From the IMG/VR virus record IMGVR_UViG_2703718832_000003: a stretch of DNA of 45,125 nt. One strand, written 5' to 3'. The position numbers and the translations under genes were made by a program. The notes below the pieces were generated by a model, which worked only from the letters and a program-made list of their open reading frames with translations, had not been told where the DNA came from and ran no database searches. This stretch comes from a virus (Duplodnaviria; Heunggongvirae; Uroviricota; Caudoviricetes). Shown here in pieces: positions 17,744 to 27,863 of this stretch. Positions within the stretch are counted from its first letter, which is position 1, and every line of letters starts with the position of its first letter.

Positions 17744-18508
17744 ATGAACCTTGAAAACACAGTGAAATACCACTTCGCGAAGTCAACGATGATTAGCGAC
17801 TCTCCACGCGCGACAGCATCTGACTCATTAACCGGCACTGACATTATGGCGGCGATCGGAATGACACAGAGCCGTGCTGCTCTCGGGTTCAGTGCATTCC
17901 TAGGAAAGATGGATATCAGTGATTACGATCGCGAGCGAGCGATTGATTTGCTGACAAAATATGCAATTGAGCACTGCGATAAGGTTGCTGCCTTACGCAA
18001 GCTTGAGAGTGATGTTAAGCCAAAGGTAATGCAAGTTCTCGCAACTTTCGCCTTTGCTGATTACTCCCGGAGTGCGGCCAGCACCAGAACGTGCGACTGC
18101 TGCCATGGAAATAAGTTTGTCGAAGCTGAAGTAATGACGATGAAGCATATCGGACAGCCACACCTTAGCGAAAAAAGAGAGATGGTTAAGGTGCTTTGCC
18201 ACAAATGCAAAGGGAAGGGTGCTCTGACCAACGCATGCCAGTGCAATGGCAAAGGAACAGTATTAGACAAAGAGAAAACTATTCTACAGCGCGGCGTTCC
18301 TGCATATAAAACCTGTACGCGCTGCAATGGGCGTGGTTATGCCAGATTGCTACCTGATAGCGTCCGTAAATACATCTGCGTAACGGTGATGGATATACCT
18401 GAAACCACGTGGCGCAGGTCTTACAAGGATTTTTTCGAAAGTCTGGTAGGTGAGTGCATCAAGCAGGAAGAGTACGCAAACCAGATGTTGAACAAAGTCA
18501 CGCGATAG
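17744..18508 (+). CDS. Q: Late-gene antiterminator Q
   Basis: 254-aa ORF immediately upstream of a promoter-terminator pair and the lysis genes; Cys-rich zinc-binding region (CDCCHGNKF...CHKCKGKG...CQCNGKG...CTRCNGRG). Confidence 0.7.
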   Translation: MNLENTVKYHFAKSTMISDSPRATASDSLTGTDIMAAIGMTQSRAALGFSAFLGKMDISDYDRERAIDLLTKYAIEHCDKVAALRKLESDVKPKVMQVLATFAFADYSRSAASTRTCDCCHGNKFVEAEVMTMKHIGQPHLSEKREMVKVLCHKCKGKGALTNACQCNGKGTVLDKEKTILQRGVPAYKTCTRCNGRGYARLLPDSVRKYICVTVMDIPETTWRRSYKDFFESLVGECIKQEEYANQMLNKVTR

Positions 18509-18550
18509 TGAATGTTTTCTATGAAATAGGATTTATCTAGAAAACTACAC

Positions 18551-18579
18551 TTTACAAAGTGGCGATTTTTGTTTAATCT
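18551..18579 (+). promoter_or_regulatory. PR'-like late promoter (TTTACA-17-TAATCT)
   Basis: -35 TTTACA at 18551-18556, 17-nt spacer, -10 TAATCT at 18574-18579; 40 nt downstream of the Q stop and just upstream of a strong terminator. Confidence 0.4.
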
Positions 18580-18612
18580 CGATTCTAACGATGGGTTACT
18601 GACTTCGTTTCA

Positions 18613-18648
18613 AGCCCCGCGGATAACACCGTGGGGCTTTTGCGTTTC
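18613..18648 (+). terminator. tR'-like intrinsic terminator
   Basis: 10-bp stem AGCCCCGCGG / CCGTGGGGCT (one G-U pair) with 6-nt loop, followed by TTTGCGTTTC. Confidence 0.55.
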
Positions 18649-18894
18649 TGGAGGGTAAGAAAATGCACGGGTAGAACGGACAGACCGCAGTCGAAAGGCA
18701 CTGCAGCAGTCATGATGCTGCCCCGAGTCGCGTAATGGCGAGCCTGTGTAGTGATGGGTAAGGGTTCATAGATCAAAATAAGCTCCGGTAAAGCAGCGTG
18801 AATGCCAGATACGCACCGGTTATCAGCGGCGATGACGCGACAGCACCTCAAGGGCATGAGCGTGGCCACTCCGGGAAGTGGCAAAGAATTTATA

Positions 18895-18920
18895 GCCTCG
18901 CTTATGCGGGGCTTTTCTAT
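18895..18920 (+). terminator. Intrinsic terminator (GCCTCGC-TTAT-GCGGGGC-TTTT), copy 1
   Basis: 7-bp stem with one G-U pair, 4-nt loop, T-run; near-identical copy at 21000-21025. Confidence 0.5.
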
Positions 18921-19031
18921 TTCAGGCCTCACGGGAATCATCCGCTACGTGCTTTGTTGATAAATCCAGCCCGTGAAGCCTGACCCTTTTCATACACACA
19001 CAGCGCCATCCGAAGAATCGGAGGTGAGGCT

Positions 19032-19310
19032 ATGACCAGAATGAGCACCATTTACAGCAGACTTTCATATGGAACAGGCACCACGCTGACCGGCTGCGGT
19101 GTATCAGCGAAGGCATATGCCGAAACAGCAAAAACAGCAAAAGAGGTGTCCTGGATGTTGGCCGACAGAATTGCAGGGTTAAGCCTGAGCGACTGGGCAA
19201 TTATTGTCGGTATCGCATGCACGGTAATCACCTGTGCAGTGAACTGGTATTTCCGCTGGAAAGAACGGGAGGATCGGCGCAATGGCTATGTCTCTAAAGC
19301 TGAAGAATAA
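19032..19310 (+). CDS. Holin
   Basis: 92-aa ORF with GGAGGTG RBS; hydrophobic TM segment LSDWAIIVGIACTVITCAVNWYF and charged C-terminus; first gene of the lysis cassette. Confidence 0.6.
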   Translation: MTRMSTIYSRLSYGTGTTLTGCGVSAKAYAETAKTAKEVSWMLADRIAGLSLSDWAIIVGIACTVITCAVNWYFRWKEREDRRNGYVSKAEE

Positions 19311-19830
19311 ATTGAGCGCAGCGGTCGTTGGTTTGATTCTTGCCGGGGCTTCCGCACCCGTGATTCTCGATCAGTTTCTGGATGAGAAAGAGGGTAACAG
19401 CTTGACAGCATATCGCGACGGCGGCGGACTCTGGACCATTTGCCGTGGTGCAACAATGGTTGATGGCAAGCCAGTAGTACAGGGCATGAAGCTGTCAGCT
19501 GAGAAATGCGCCCAGGTAAACGCCATTGAACGCGACAAGGCGCTGGCGTGGGTTGACCGAAATATCAAAGTACCACTGACCGAACCACAGAAAGCGGGTA
19601 TCGCTTCTTTCTGCCCGTATAACATCGGCCCCGGTAAATGCTTCCCATCGACCTTCTATAAGCGCATCAACGCAGGTGACCGCATCGGTGCATGCGAGGC
19701 AATCCGCTGGTGGATTAAAGACGGTGGCCGTGATTGTCGTCTAACCAAAGGCCAGAAGAATGGCTGCTATGGTCAGGTTGAGCGACGGGACCAGGAAAGC
19801 GCGCTGGCGTGCTGGGGGTTAGACCAATGA
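19282..19830 (+). CDS. SAR endolysin (phage lysozyme with N-terminal signal-anchor-release domain)
   Basis: 182-aa ORF; N-terminal weakly hydrophobic Gly/Ala-rich segment LSAAVVGLILAGASAPV followed by a lysozyme-like domain. Confidence 0.75.
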   Translation: MAMSLKLKNKLSAAVVGLILAGASAPVILDQFLDEKEGNSLTAYRDGGGLWTICRGATMVDGKPVVQGMKLSAEKCAQVNAIERDKALAWVDRNIKVPLTEPQKAGIASFCPYNIGPGKCFPSTFYKRINAGDRIGACEAIRWWIKDGGRDCRLTKGQKNGCYGQVERRDQESALACWGLDQ

Positions 19831-20342
19831 AAATTAATCCGGGTCTTATAGGCGTTGTTGTTATTGCTGTCCTTTCGGTCGCTCTCGCTAAGAGTTGCTC
19901 CAACGCCAGTCGCCTTCAGAGCGATAACGACGTTCTGCGAAGTGACAACTCTATGCAGGGGCAGGTGATCGCCACCCAGGCATTCAACTTCAATCGATTC
20001 AATCAGGTTGCAGAACATGCCAACAGGCTAAACTCCCTGATCGACACCAGCACCGAAGAAACTGTAATCGAATACCGGGAGATTCTCCGCCGTGAAAAAA
20101 CCTGTGATCTGCCTGTTCCTGCTGACATTGCTGGTGGGCTGCTCGAATACGCGTACCGTTTACGTTCCAGCGCAATGCACGCCGATACCGACGGACCTGA
20201 CGCAGCCGATGATAGTACCGCTGCCGCCGGCTCAATAACGTACTGCCAGGCTGTACTCTGGATTAAGCCGCTGCTGGCCGTGATTGAAAAGGGCAATAAC
20301 AATTTCGCTGGAATTCGTCAAATAGAGAGCGAGCGTCAATAG
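19827..20342 (+). CDS. Rz-like inner-membrane spanin (i-spanin)
   Basis: ATG at 19827 in frame with track ORF 19809-20342; N-terminal TM helix LIGVVVIAVLSVALA, coiled-coil body; Rz1 embedded in the +1 frame. Confidence 0.65.
   Translation: MKINPGLIGVVVIAVLSVALAKSCSNASRLQSDNDVLRSDNSMQGQVIATQAFNFNRFNQVAEHANRLNSLIDTSTEETVIEYREILRREKTCDLPVPADIAGGLLEYAYRLRSSAMHADTDGPDAADDSTAAAGSITYCQAVLWIKPLLAVIEKGNNNFAGIRQIESERQ
20092..20238 (+). CDS. Rz1-like outer-membrane lipoprotein spanin (o-spanin), embedded in Rz
   Basis: Not in the track (48 aa). GTG start with GGGAG RBS; VKKPVICLFLLTLLVGCSNTRTVYVPAQCTPIPTDLTQPMIVPLPPAQ has a lipobox (LLVGC) and Pro-rich mature region. Confidence 0.6.
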   Translation: MKKPVICLFLLTLLVGCSNTRTVYVPAQCTPIPTDLTQPMIVPLPPAQ

Positions 20343-20343
20343 T

Positions 20344-20392
20344 CTTTATCCCTAGCAAGGGATAAAGCAACCATTATCCCCGCTAAGGGATA
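20344..20392. promoter_or_regulatory. Two tandem palindromes sharing TTATCCC-N4-GGGATAA
   Basis: Perfect 10-bp inverted repeat CTTTATCCCT-AGCA-AGGGATAAAG at 20344-20367 and a second imperfect copy TTATCCCC-GCTA-AGGGATA at 20374-20392; no T-run after either. Confidence 0.35.
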
Positions 20393-20449
20393 GGCGTTAC
20401 AGCAGACACTCACCTAATGCCTGTTGCCATTCAGCCAAGGAGCCAGCCT

Positions 20450-20695
20450 ATGAAAAAAGTTAAAGTTACAATTGCTCACCTTGAAGAGCACTACGAGGGT
20501 ATTGTTCGAGCCGCAAACGTCACATTCCAGGTTATTCAGAATGAAAGTGTGATAGTGAAGGATTCTTTATCCGGTAAAGCTTCCCATCCCTTCACTAAAA
20601 TTTACGCTGTCGATGTTGATGAATCAGCTGTACATGTGATGCATGATCGGCCTGATTTGAGCTGGTTAACAATTACAGCAGAGCTTGTTGAATAG
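20450..20695 (+). CDS. Hypothetical small protein (moron candidate)
   Basis: ATG at 20450 with AAGGAG RBS, in frame with track ORF 20417-20695; no recognisable motif. Confidence 0.35.
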   Translation: MKKVKVTIAHLEEHYEGIVRAANVTFQVIQNESVIVKDSLSGKASHPFTKIYAVDVDESAVHVMHDRPDLSWLTITAELVE

Positions 20696-20754
20696 TATTT
20701 ATTTTGCAGCTTCAATTGCTTAGCATTATCTCCGGGTACCCAAAGGAGATAAAT

Positions 20755-20976
20755 ATGTTTGTTGCAGAAGGCTTGAAGCCTGACCTTGATAATATAGGTT
20801 GGGTTATGGGGTGGGGGGTTGTAAGGAATGCCCCGTGGCATTTAGTCGGTGTTTACGCCACCAAAGATGTGGCCGAAACTAAGGCAGCCTCACTAGGTGA
20901 GGGCTATGAAGCCCATTATGGCTCACATCGGTTAGGCTCTGACGACTTCATCCACCACAACTTCACGCGCAGTTAA
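20755..20976 (+). CDS. Hypothetical small protein (moron candidate)
   Basis: ATG at 20755 with AAAGGAG RBS, in frame with track ORF 20704-20976; followed by terminator copy 2. Confidence 0.35.
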   Translation: MFVAEGLKPDLDNIGWVMGWGVVRNAPWHLVGVYATKDVAETKAASLGEGYEAHYGSHRLGSDDFIHHNFTRS

Positions 20977-20999
20977 CAAAAGAAGTTGTTCGATATTTA

Positions 21000-21025
21000 G
21001 CCTCGCTTATGCGGGGCTTTTTTAT
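21000..21025 (+). terminator. Intrinsic terminator (GCCTCGC-TTAT-GCGGGGC-TTTTTT), copy 2
   Basis: Same stem-loop sequence as 18895-18920, with a longer T-run. Confidence 0.55.
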
Positions 21026-21136
21026 GCGCATCGCACGCGCACACCGTAGAAAGTCTTTCAGTTGTGAGCCTGGGCAAACCGTTAACTTTCGGCGGCTTTG
21101 CTGTGCGACAGGCTCACGTCTAAAAGGAAATAAATC

Positions 21137-21604
21137 ATGGGTCATAAAATTATCACGTTGTCCGGCGCGGCGACGGATGTTCTGTATGCGCTGTTTTTCC
21201 GTGGCGCGCTTCAGTCTGGTGATCTGCCAGCCAAATCTGGTGCTGCTGAGCTTCTAGAGCTGGGATTCGCTGAAACACGCCATACCGCGACGGAGTATCA
21301 AAAGGAAAATTATTACACCTTCCTGACCGCTGAAGGGCAGGAGTTCGCCATTAAGCACCTGGTGAATACGCGCTTTGGTGTTCCTGCTGGTGGTTATATT
21401 GGTGGCTCTGTAAATATTCAGTTTGGCCGGATAGAGAACGACCCACGAAAAGGCTATGCCATCAATGTTGGCATCTGTCCCGAAATTAAGACCGGCGTGA
21501 AGCTATCCCCTGAAATGGTAAAAGCGATCTCAGATGTTGTGTCCGAGGAACTGAAGAAGAGTCTTCGGCCAGGTGGCACGATATGGTCAGCGCTGTCGCG
21601 ATGA
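21137..21604 (+). CDS. Hypothetical protein (moron candidate upstream of cos)
   Basis: 155-aa ORF with AAAGGA RBS; preceded by a 9-bp inverted repeat GTGAGCCTG...CAGGCTCAC (21064-21117); no recognisable motif. Confidence 0.45.
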   Translation: MGHKIITLSGAATDVLYALFFRGALQSGDLPAKSGAAELLELGFAETRHTATEYQKENYYTFLTAEGQEFAIKHLVNTRFGVPAGGYIGGSVNIQFGRIENDPRKGYAINVGICPEIKTGVKLSPEMVKAISDVVSEELKKSLRPGGTIWSALSR

Positions 21605-21705
21605 ATGGACGTTTAGACGTCCAAATGGGTGCGAATCAAGTCGCATTCCAGCAAATGATAATCATTATCATTTGCGGGTCCTTTCCGGCGATCCGCCTTG
21701 TTACG

Positions 21706-21717
21706 GGGCGGCGTCCG
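21706..21717. other. cosN (cohesive-end nicking site), with cosB-like sequence extending to about 21890
   Basis: GTTACG|GGGCGGCGTCCG followed by CTATTTATGAAAATTTTC and TTTCCGTTCTTCTTC closely parallels the lambda cos region; lies about 190 bp upstream of Nu1. Confidence 0.6.
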
Positions 21718-21892
21718 CGCAGATTCTCGCTATTTATGAAAATTTTCTGGTTTATGCCATTTCCGTTCTTCTTCTTGTTTACTCATTGTTTTTGTTAAAA
21801 ACGTCCTCTCTCCAGAAAGGAAATGCTGAGCAAGGAAAACGGAAGTTTACCGTTGATTGTTTCCTTTCTCTGTTTTTTGCCAGGAGTAAGCC

Positions 21893-22438
21893 ATGGAGGT
21901 TAACAAAAAACGCTTATCCGAAATTTTCGGGGTAAGCGTCCGAACGATTCAGAACTGGCAGGAGCAAGGTATGCCGGTTGTCCGCGGTGGTGGCAAAGGT
22001 AATGAGGTTCTCTTTGAATCTGCTGCTGCAATCGAATGGTACAGTGCGCGCGATGCAGCTATAGAAAATGAAAAGTTGCGGAAGGAAGTTGAAGATCTCC
22101 GTATCGCTTCTGAGTCCGATCTTCAACCTGGCACGATTGAATATGAGCGACACCGACTTACGCGAGCTCAGGCTGACGCTCAGGAATTAAAAAATGCAAA
22201 AGAGTCCGCTGAAGTGGTGGAGACCGCATTCTGCACGTTCGTGCTGTCGCGGGTAGCCGGAGAAATCGCCAGCATTCTCGATGGAATACCTCTGTCGGTT
22301 CAGCGGCGCTTCCCGGAGCTGGAGAACCGACATATTGATTTCCTCAAGAAGGACATCATTAAGGCCATGAACAAGGCAGCTGCGCTGGATGAAATGATAC
22401 CGGGGTTGCTGAGTGAATATATCGAACAGTCAGGTTAA
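21893..22438 (+). CDS. nu1: Terminase small subunit (lambda Nu1-like)
   Basis: 181-aa protein MEVNKKRLSEIFGVSVRTIQNWQEQGMPV... nearly collinear with lambda Nu1. Confidence 0.9.
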   Translation: MEVNKKRLSEIFGVSVRTIQNWQEQGMPVVRGGGKGNEVLFESAAAIEWYSARDAAIENEKLRKEVEDLRIASESDLQPGTIEYERHRLTRAQADAQELKNAKESAEVVETAFCTFVLSRVAGEIASILDGIPLSVQRRFPELENRHIDFLKKDIIKAMNKAAALDEMIPGLLSEYIEQSG

Positions 22439-24335
22439 GGGGCTGCAGCACTCTGCGCGGGCGGGGTTACGTTCGCTGTACCGGCCGCAACCGCAAACAG
22501 CAGTTGAATGGGCAGATGAGAATTATTATCTCCCGAAAGAGTCTGCCTACCAGGAAGGGCGCTGGGAAACACTGCCATTTCAGCGTGCAATTATGAATGC
22601 GATGGGTAATGACTATATTCGCGAGGTGAATGTCGTTAAATCGGCTCGTGTCGGCTACTCAAAAATGTTGCTCGGCGTTTACGCATATTTCATCCAACAT
22701 AAACAGCGTAACTCCCTAATATGGTTACCAACCGACGGTGATGCTGAAAACTTCATGAAGTCTCATGTAGAACCGACCATTCGTGATATTCCGACGTTGC
22801 TGGCGCTTGCTCCCTGGTACGGTAAAAAACACCGGGACAATACGCTGAGCATGAAGCGTTTCTCGAATGGTCGTGGTTTCTGGTGCCTGGGCGGTAAGGC
22901 TGCAAAAAACTACCGTGAAAAATCAGTTGATGTGGCTGGCTACGACGAGCTCGCCGCTTTCGATGATGACATCGAGAAAGAAGGTTCTCCCACCTTTCTG
23001 GGTGATAAGCGTATTGAGGGTTCTGTATGGCCGAAATCCATTCGCGGATCTACACCGAAAGTCAAAGGTATGTGCCAGATAGAAAGAGCTGCTAAGGAGT
23101 CTGAACATTTTCTTCGGTTCCATGTTCCATGCCCACACTGTGGGGAAGAGCAGTATCTGAAATTCGGTGATAAAGAGACACCATTTGGCTTCAAATGGTC
23201 TCCGGGAGAACCTGCCAGCGTTTACTACCTCTGTGAACACAATGCCTGTGTGATTAAACAACAGGAGCTGGAATTTCTGGAGGCCAGGTATATTTGTGAT
23301 GAAACAGGTATCTGGACACGAGACGGCCTTAACTGGTTTTCTTCATCCGGTACCGAAATTGAACCTCCTGACAGCGTTACATTCCACATCTGGACCGCAT
23401 ATAGCCCGTTCACAACCTGGGTGCAGATCGTCAAGGACTGGATAAAAACAAAAGGTGATACGGGTAAGCGAAAAACTTTCGTTAACACGACCCTGGGCGA
23501 AACGTGGGAACCGAAAATAGGTGAACGACCCGATGCTGAAGTTTTAGCGGAACGAAAAGAGCACTTTGAAGCGTCTGTGCCGGAGCGAGTGGCATATCTG
23601 ACAGCGGGTATTGACTCCCAGCTTGACCGTTACGAAATGCGTGTTTGGGGATGGGGGCCGGGAGAGGAAAGCTGGCTTATCGACAAAATTATCATTATGG
23701 GTCGTCATGATGATGAGTCGACTCTCGCTCGAGTTGATGAAGCGATCAACAGGACGTATAAGCGCCAGAACGGTCTCGAAATGGTTATATCCCGCACTTG
23801 CTGGGATATTGGCGGCATTGATCCCACCATCGTCTACAACCGCTCAAAAAAACACGGTCTGTTTCGTGTGATCCCTATAAAGGGGGCGTCGGTTTATGGA
23901 AAGCCAGTGGCGAACATGCCACGCAAGCGTAACAAGAATGGTGTTTACCTCACAGAGGTAGGAACAGACACCGCAAAAGAGCAGATTTATAACCGTTTCA
24001 CGCTGGTGGCGCAAAGAGACGAGCCGCTGGCGGGAGCGGTTCATTTCCCGAATAACCCAGAAATCTACGATCTAACAGAGGCCCAACAACTAACAGCTGA
24101 AGAGCAGGTGGAAAAATGGGTAGACGGAAAGAAAAAGATCGTCTGGGACAGCAAAAAACGACGAAATGAGGCGCTCGATTGCTTTGTTTATGCACTGGCG
24201 GCGCTGCGTATAAGCATATCCCGCTGGCAGCTAAATCTTGATTCACTTCTGGCCAGCCTGCTGGAGGAAGAAGGCAGCCGTAACAATAACAAGACCCTGG
24301 CGGATTACGCGCGGGCATTATCTGGAGATGAATAA
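22413..24335 (+). CDS. A: Terminase large subunit (lambda A-like)
   Basis: 640-aa protein [11 protein letters not shown]... collinear with lambda gpA; start overlaps the Nu1 3' end as in lambda. Confidence 0.9.
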   Translation: MNISNSQVKGLQHSARAGLRSLYRPQPQTAVEWADENYYLPKESAYQEGRWETLPFQRAIMNAMGNDYIREVNVVKSARVGYSKMLLGVYAYFIQHKQRNSLIWLPTDGDAENFMKSHVEPTIRDIPTLLALAPWYGKKHRDNTLSMKRFSNGRGFWCLGGKAAKNYREKSVDVAGYDELAAFDDDIEKEGSPTFLGDKRIEGSVWPKSIRGSTPKVKGMCQIERAAKESEHFLRFHVPCPHCGEEQYLKFGDKETPFGFKWSPGEPASVYYLCEHNACVIKQQELEFLEARYICDETGIWTRDGLNWFSSSGTEIEPPDSVTFHIWTAYSPFTTWVQIVKDWIKTKGDTGKRKTFVNTTLGETWEPKIGERPDAEVLAERKEHFEASVPERVAYLTAGIDSQLDRYEMRVWGWGPGEESWLIDKIIIMGRHDDESTLARVDEAINRTYKRQNGLEMVISRTCWDIGGIDPTIVYNRSKKHGLFRVIPIKGASVYGKPVANMPRKRNKNGVYLTEVGTDTAKEQIYNRFTLVAQRDEPLAGAVHFPNNPEIYDLTEAQQLTAEEQVEKWVDGKKKIVWDSKKRRNEALDCFVYALAALRISISRWQLNLDSLLASLLEEEGSRNNNKTLADYARALSGDE

Positions 24336-24541
24336 TGGCAACACAGACTGAACTGGATGCCGCGCGCGCTGCGTTACATGACCTGATGATGGGAAAGCGC
24401 GTGGCGACGGTACAGAAAGACGGTCGAAGAGTGGAATTTACAGCCACTTCAGTCAGCGATCTCAAAAAATATATTGCTGACCTTGAATCTCAGGTTGGCA
24501 CCACATCACGACGCCGGGGGCCAGCAGGGTTTTACGTATGA
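24335..24541 (+). CDS. W: Head-tail joining protein W
   Basis: 68-aa ORF between terminase and portal, lambda gpW-like in size and sequence. Confidence 0.8.
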   Translation: MATQTELDAARAALHDLMMGKRVATVQKDGRRVEFTATSVSDLKKYIADLESQVGTTSRRRGPAGFYV

Positions 24542-26130
24542 AAATACCATCTTTGGTGGGACCTGACGGGAAAACATCCCTTCGGGAATACGCAGGATAT
24601 CATGGCGGTGGAGGCGGGTTTGGTGGGCAGCTGCGAGGCTGGAATCCGCCGAGTGAAAGTGCAGATGCCGCACTCCTACCCAACTATTCTCGCGGAAATG
24701 CCCGCGCTGACGATCTGGTGCGAAATAATGGCTACGCGGCAAACGCCGTGCAGCTCCACCAGGACCACATCGTCGGGTCATTTTTCAGACTAAGTTATCG
24801 ACCAAGCTGGCGTTATCTGGGAATAAATGAGGAGGATTCACGGGCATTCTCGCGGGATGTGGAAGCTGCATGGAATGAGTATGCCGAGGACGACTTTTGC
24901 GGGATTGATGCCGAGCGTAAGCGAACGTTTACGATGATGATCCGAGAAGGTGTGGCCATGCACGCGTTTAACGGTGAATTATGCACGCAGGCGACCTGGG
25001 ACAGCGATTCAACGCGTCTTTTCCGTACTCAGTTCAAAATGGTCAGTCCGAAGCGCGTCAGCAATCCGAATAATATCGGTGATACCCGGAACTGTCGCGC
25101 CGGTGTGAAAATAAATGATAGCGGTGCTGCGCTGGGATATTACGTCAGCGACGATGGTTATCCCGGCTGGATGGCGCAGAACTGGACCTACATTCCTCGC
25201 GAACTACCCGGCGGTCGACCTTCATTTATCCATGTATTCGAACCGATGGAGGATGGACAGACCCGTGGGGCCAATGCGTTTTACAGCGTGATGGAGCAGA
25301 TGAAAATGCTCGATACCCTGCAAAATACCCAGCTCCAGAGCGCGATAGTGAAGGCTATGTATGCCGCTACCATCGAGAGTGAACTGGATACCCAATCGGC
25401 GATGGACTTTATTCTCGGCGCGGATAATAAAGAGCAGCAGAGCAAACTTACGGGCTGGCTCGGTGAAATGGCGTCCTATTACTCAGCTGCGCCTGTTCGC
25501 CTGGGTGGGGCAAGGGTTCCACACCTGTTGCCGGGTGATTCTCTCAACCTTCAGTCGGCGCAGGATACCGATAACGGCTACTCGACTTTTGAACAGTCCC
25601 TGCTGCGTTATATTGCCGCTGGGCTTGGTGTGTCGTATGAGCAGCTTTCGCGAAACTATTCGCAGATGAGCTACTCGACCGCACGCGCAAGTGCTAACGA
25701 GTCCTGGGCGTACTTTATGGGGCGTCGCAAGTTTGTGGCATCCCGACAGGCCTGTCAGATGTTTCTTTGCTGGCTTGAAGAGGCGATTGTCCGCCGCGTG
25801 GTCACGCTTCCTTCGAAAGCCCGGTTCAGTTTCCAGGAGGCGAGAACAGCCTGGGGGAATGCCAACTGGATTGGCTCTGGTCGAATGGCAATTGACGGGC
25901 TGAAAGAGGTACAGGAGGCCGTCATGCTCATTGAGGCAGGTCTCAGCACGTATGAAAAAGAGTGCGCCAAACGCGGTGATGATTATCAGGAGATTTTTGC
26001 CCAGCAGGTCCGGGAAACCATGGAGCGTCGTGCTGCGGGTCTGAAACCACCGGCATGGGCCGCTGCAGCTTTTGAGGCCGGAGTGAAAAAATCAAACGAG
26101 GAGGAGCAAGATGGCGCACGAGCTGCGTAA
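24538..26130 (+). CDS. B: Portal protein (lambda B-like)
   Basis: 530-aa ORF in the canonical position with lambda gpB-like sequence. Confidence 0.85.
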   Translation: MKIPSLVGPDGKTSLREYAGYHGGGGGFGGQLRGWNPPSESADAALLPNYSRGNARADDLVRNNGYAANAVQLHQDHIVGSFFRLSYRPSWRYLGINEEDSRAFSRDVEAAWNEYAEDDFCGIDAERKRTFTMMIREGVAMHAFNGELCTQATWDSDSTRLFRTQFKMVSPKRVSNPNNIGDTRNCRAGVKINDSGAALGYYVSDDGYPGWMAQNWTYIPRELPGGRPSFIHVFEPMEDGQTRGANAFYSVMEQMKMLDTLQNTQLQSAIVKAMYAATIESELDTQSAMDFILGADNKEQQSKLTGWLGEMASYYSAAPVRLGGARVPHLLPGDSLNLQSAQDTDNGYSTFEQSLLRYIAAGLGVSYEQLSRNYSQMSYSTARASANESWAYFMGRRKFVASRQACQMFLCWLEEAIVRRVVTLPSKARFSFQEARTAWGNANWIGSGRMAIDGLKEVQEAVMLIEAGLSTYEKECAKRGDDYQEIFAQQVRETMERRAAGLKPPAWAAAAFEAGVKKSNEEEQDGARAA

Positions 26131-27454
26131 TCTTCCGCATATTGCCAGTATGGCCTTTAATGAGCCGCTGATGCTTGAACCCGCCTATGCGCGGGTTTTC
26201 TTTTGCGCGCTGGCTGGCCAGTTGGGCATCACCCGGCTGACAGATACCGTCTCTGGCATCACGCTTGATGCCGGACAAATAGCCGAACCGCTGGCGCTGT
26301 TTGGTGAGGATGATGACATGGATCCCCGTCCATCACGCAGCTATCAGGTGGCAAATGGTATCGCGGTCTTGCCGGTTTCCGGCACGCTGGTCAGTAAAAC
26401 CCGTGCGCTTCAGCCTTATTCCGGCATGACGGGTTACAACGGGATCATTGCTCGCCTGCAGCAGGCAATCAGTGACCCCGGCGTTGACGGCATTCTTCTG
26501 GATATGGATACGCCGGGTGGAATGGTGTCCGGGGCGTTTGACTGCGCCGACATTATAGCCCGTATGCGCGATATCAAACCCATCTGGGCGCTGGCCAATG
26601 ACATGAACTGCAGTGCAGGGCAGCTTATAGCCAGTTCGGCATCGCGACGGCTGGTCACACAAACGGCCAGAACCGGCTCCATTGGGGTCATGATGGCGCA
26701 CAGCAACTATGGCGCTGCGCTCAAAACTAACGGCGTTGAGGTCACGCTGATTTACAGCGGCGATCGCAAGGTCGACGGCAACCCTTACGAAAAGCTTCCG
26801 AAAGATGTGCGTGCTGATTTCCAGACGCGTATCGATGCCACTCGTCAGATGTTTGCCGAAAAGGTTTCCGCTTATACCGGCATGTCTGTTCAGGACGTGC
26901 TGGACACCGAAGCGGCAGTATTCTCCGGCCAGGAGTCTTTGGATAACGGACTGGCGGATGAACTTGTTAACAATACCGATGCGCTCGGCGTGATGCGCGA
27001 AGCACTCGACAGACGCAAAAAAACAACCCTTGGAGGAACTATGCCATCACCTTCTGCTTCAGCTGTGACCACTAAGCCAGTTGACCAGGCAGCAACTCAG
27101 ACAACTGCCTCAGCTGAACAGGTCACTACCGTTGACACGACCATTGCTTCCGTAGCGGCCCCTGTAGATGTCAGTGCGCAGGTTACTGCAGCAGTAGCTG
27201 CAGAGAATAGCCGCATCATGGGCATCCTGAACTGCGATGAGGCTAAAGGGCGTGAGTCACAGGCGCGAGCACTGGCCGAAACGCCGGGTATGACGGTAGA
27301 GAGCGCACAGCGCATTCTGGCTGCTGCACCGCAAAGTGCCCAGGCGCGTACCGATACGGCGCTGGATCGTTTGATGGAAACAGCACCCGGTGCACTCCCA
27401 GCAGGTAGCGCATCTTCTGATGCCGCTGACGATTTGTTAAACACCCCCGTTTAA
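26111..27454 (+). CDS. C: Prohead protease / scaffold (lambda C / Nu3-like, S49 family)
   Basis: 447-aa ORF; ClpP/S49-like N-terminal part and Ala/Thr/Gln-rich scaffold-like C-terminal part, as in lambda C with nested Nu3. Confidence 0.8.
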   Translation: MAHELRNLPHIASMAFNEPLMLEPAYARVFFCALAGQLGITRLTDTVSGITLDAGQIAEPLALFGEDDDMDPRPSRSYQVANGIAVLPVSGTLVSKTRALQPYSGMTGYNGIIARLQQAISDPGVDGILLDMDTPGGMVSGAFDCADIIARMRDIKPIWALANDMNCSAGQLIASSASRRLVTQTARTGSIGVMMAHSNYGAALKTNGVEVTLIYSGDRKVDGNPYEKLPKDVRADFQTRIDATRQMFAEKVSAYTGMSVQDVLDTEAAVFSGQESLDNGLADELVNNTDALGVMREALDRRKKTTLGGTMPSPSASAVTTKPVDQAATQTTASAEQVTTVDTTIASVAAPVDVSAQVTAAVAAENSRIMGILNCDEAKGRESQARALAETPGMTVESAQRILAAAPQSAQARTDTALDRLMETAPGALPAGSASSDAADDLLNTPV

Positions 27455-27463
27455 GAGGCTATC

Positions 27464-27796
27464 ATGGCAATTACTGAAGTTTTCACACATAACCAGCCGC
27501 TCGGTAACAGCGACCCGGCGCACACTGCGTATGGTCCTGGCGAACTGACGGCTTCCACTCCAGCCATGACGCCGCTCATGCTGGATGCCACTTCTGGCAA
27601 GCTGACCGTCTGGGATGGTGCTCATGCTGGCGCGGCAATGGGCATCCTGGCTGTAACCGCAGACCAGAACAGCGCGGAACTGGCATATTACAAATCTGGC
27701 TCTTTCCGTATTGAAGATGTCCTCTGGCCATCTGCCGTCACCGACGACAACATTAAACGTAACGCGTTCGCCGGTACTGCAATCAGCATCGTTTAA
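27464..27796 (+). CDS. D: Head decoration protein D
   Basis: 110-aa protein ...[15 protein letters not shown]...MTPLMLD...[10 protein letters not shown] nearly identical in pattern to lambda gpD. Confidence 0.9.
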   Translation: MAITEVFTHNQPLGNSDPAHTAYGPGELTASTPAMTPLMLDATSGKLTVWDGAHAGAAMGILAVTADQNSAELAYYKSGSFRIEDVLWPSAVTDDNIKRNAFAGTAISIV

Positions 27797-27863
27797 TCCG
27801 CATTTCTACAACCATCATCATTCATAAAAGCCGCTTGCGCGGCTTTTTTTACGGGAAAAATCT

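Noticed and set aside
18585-18983. Minus-strand 118-aa ORF (18585-18941) and plus-strand 61-aa ORF (18798-18983)
   Set aside because: Both run straight through one or two strong terminator hairpins and lack RBSs; the region is better explained as non-coding.
18650-19030. Possible tRNA genes downstream of Q, where some lambdoid phages carry them
   Set aside because: I could not recognise a cloverleaf with conserved T-loop (GTTCRANNC) and 3' acceptor features by eye; the region looks like unstructured or terminator sequence. A tRNA scan would be needed to fully exclude it.
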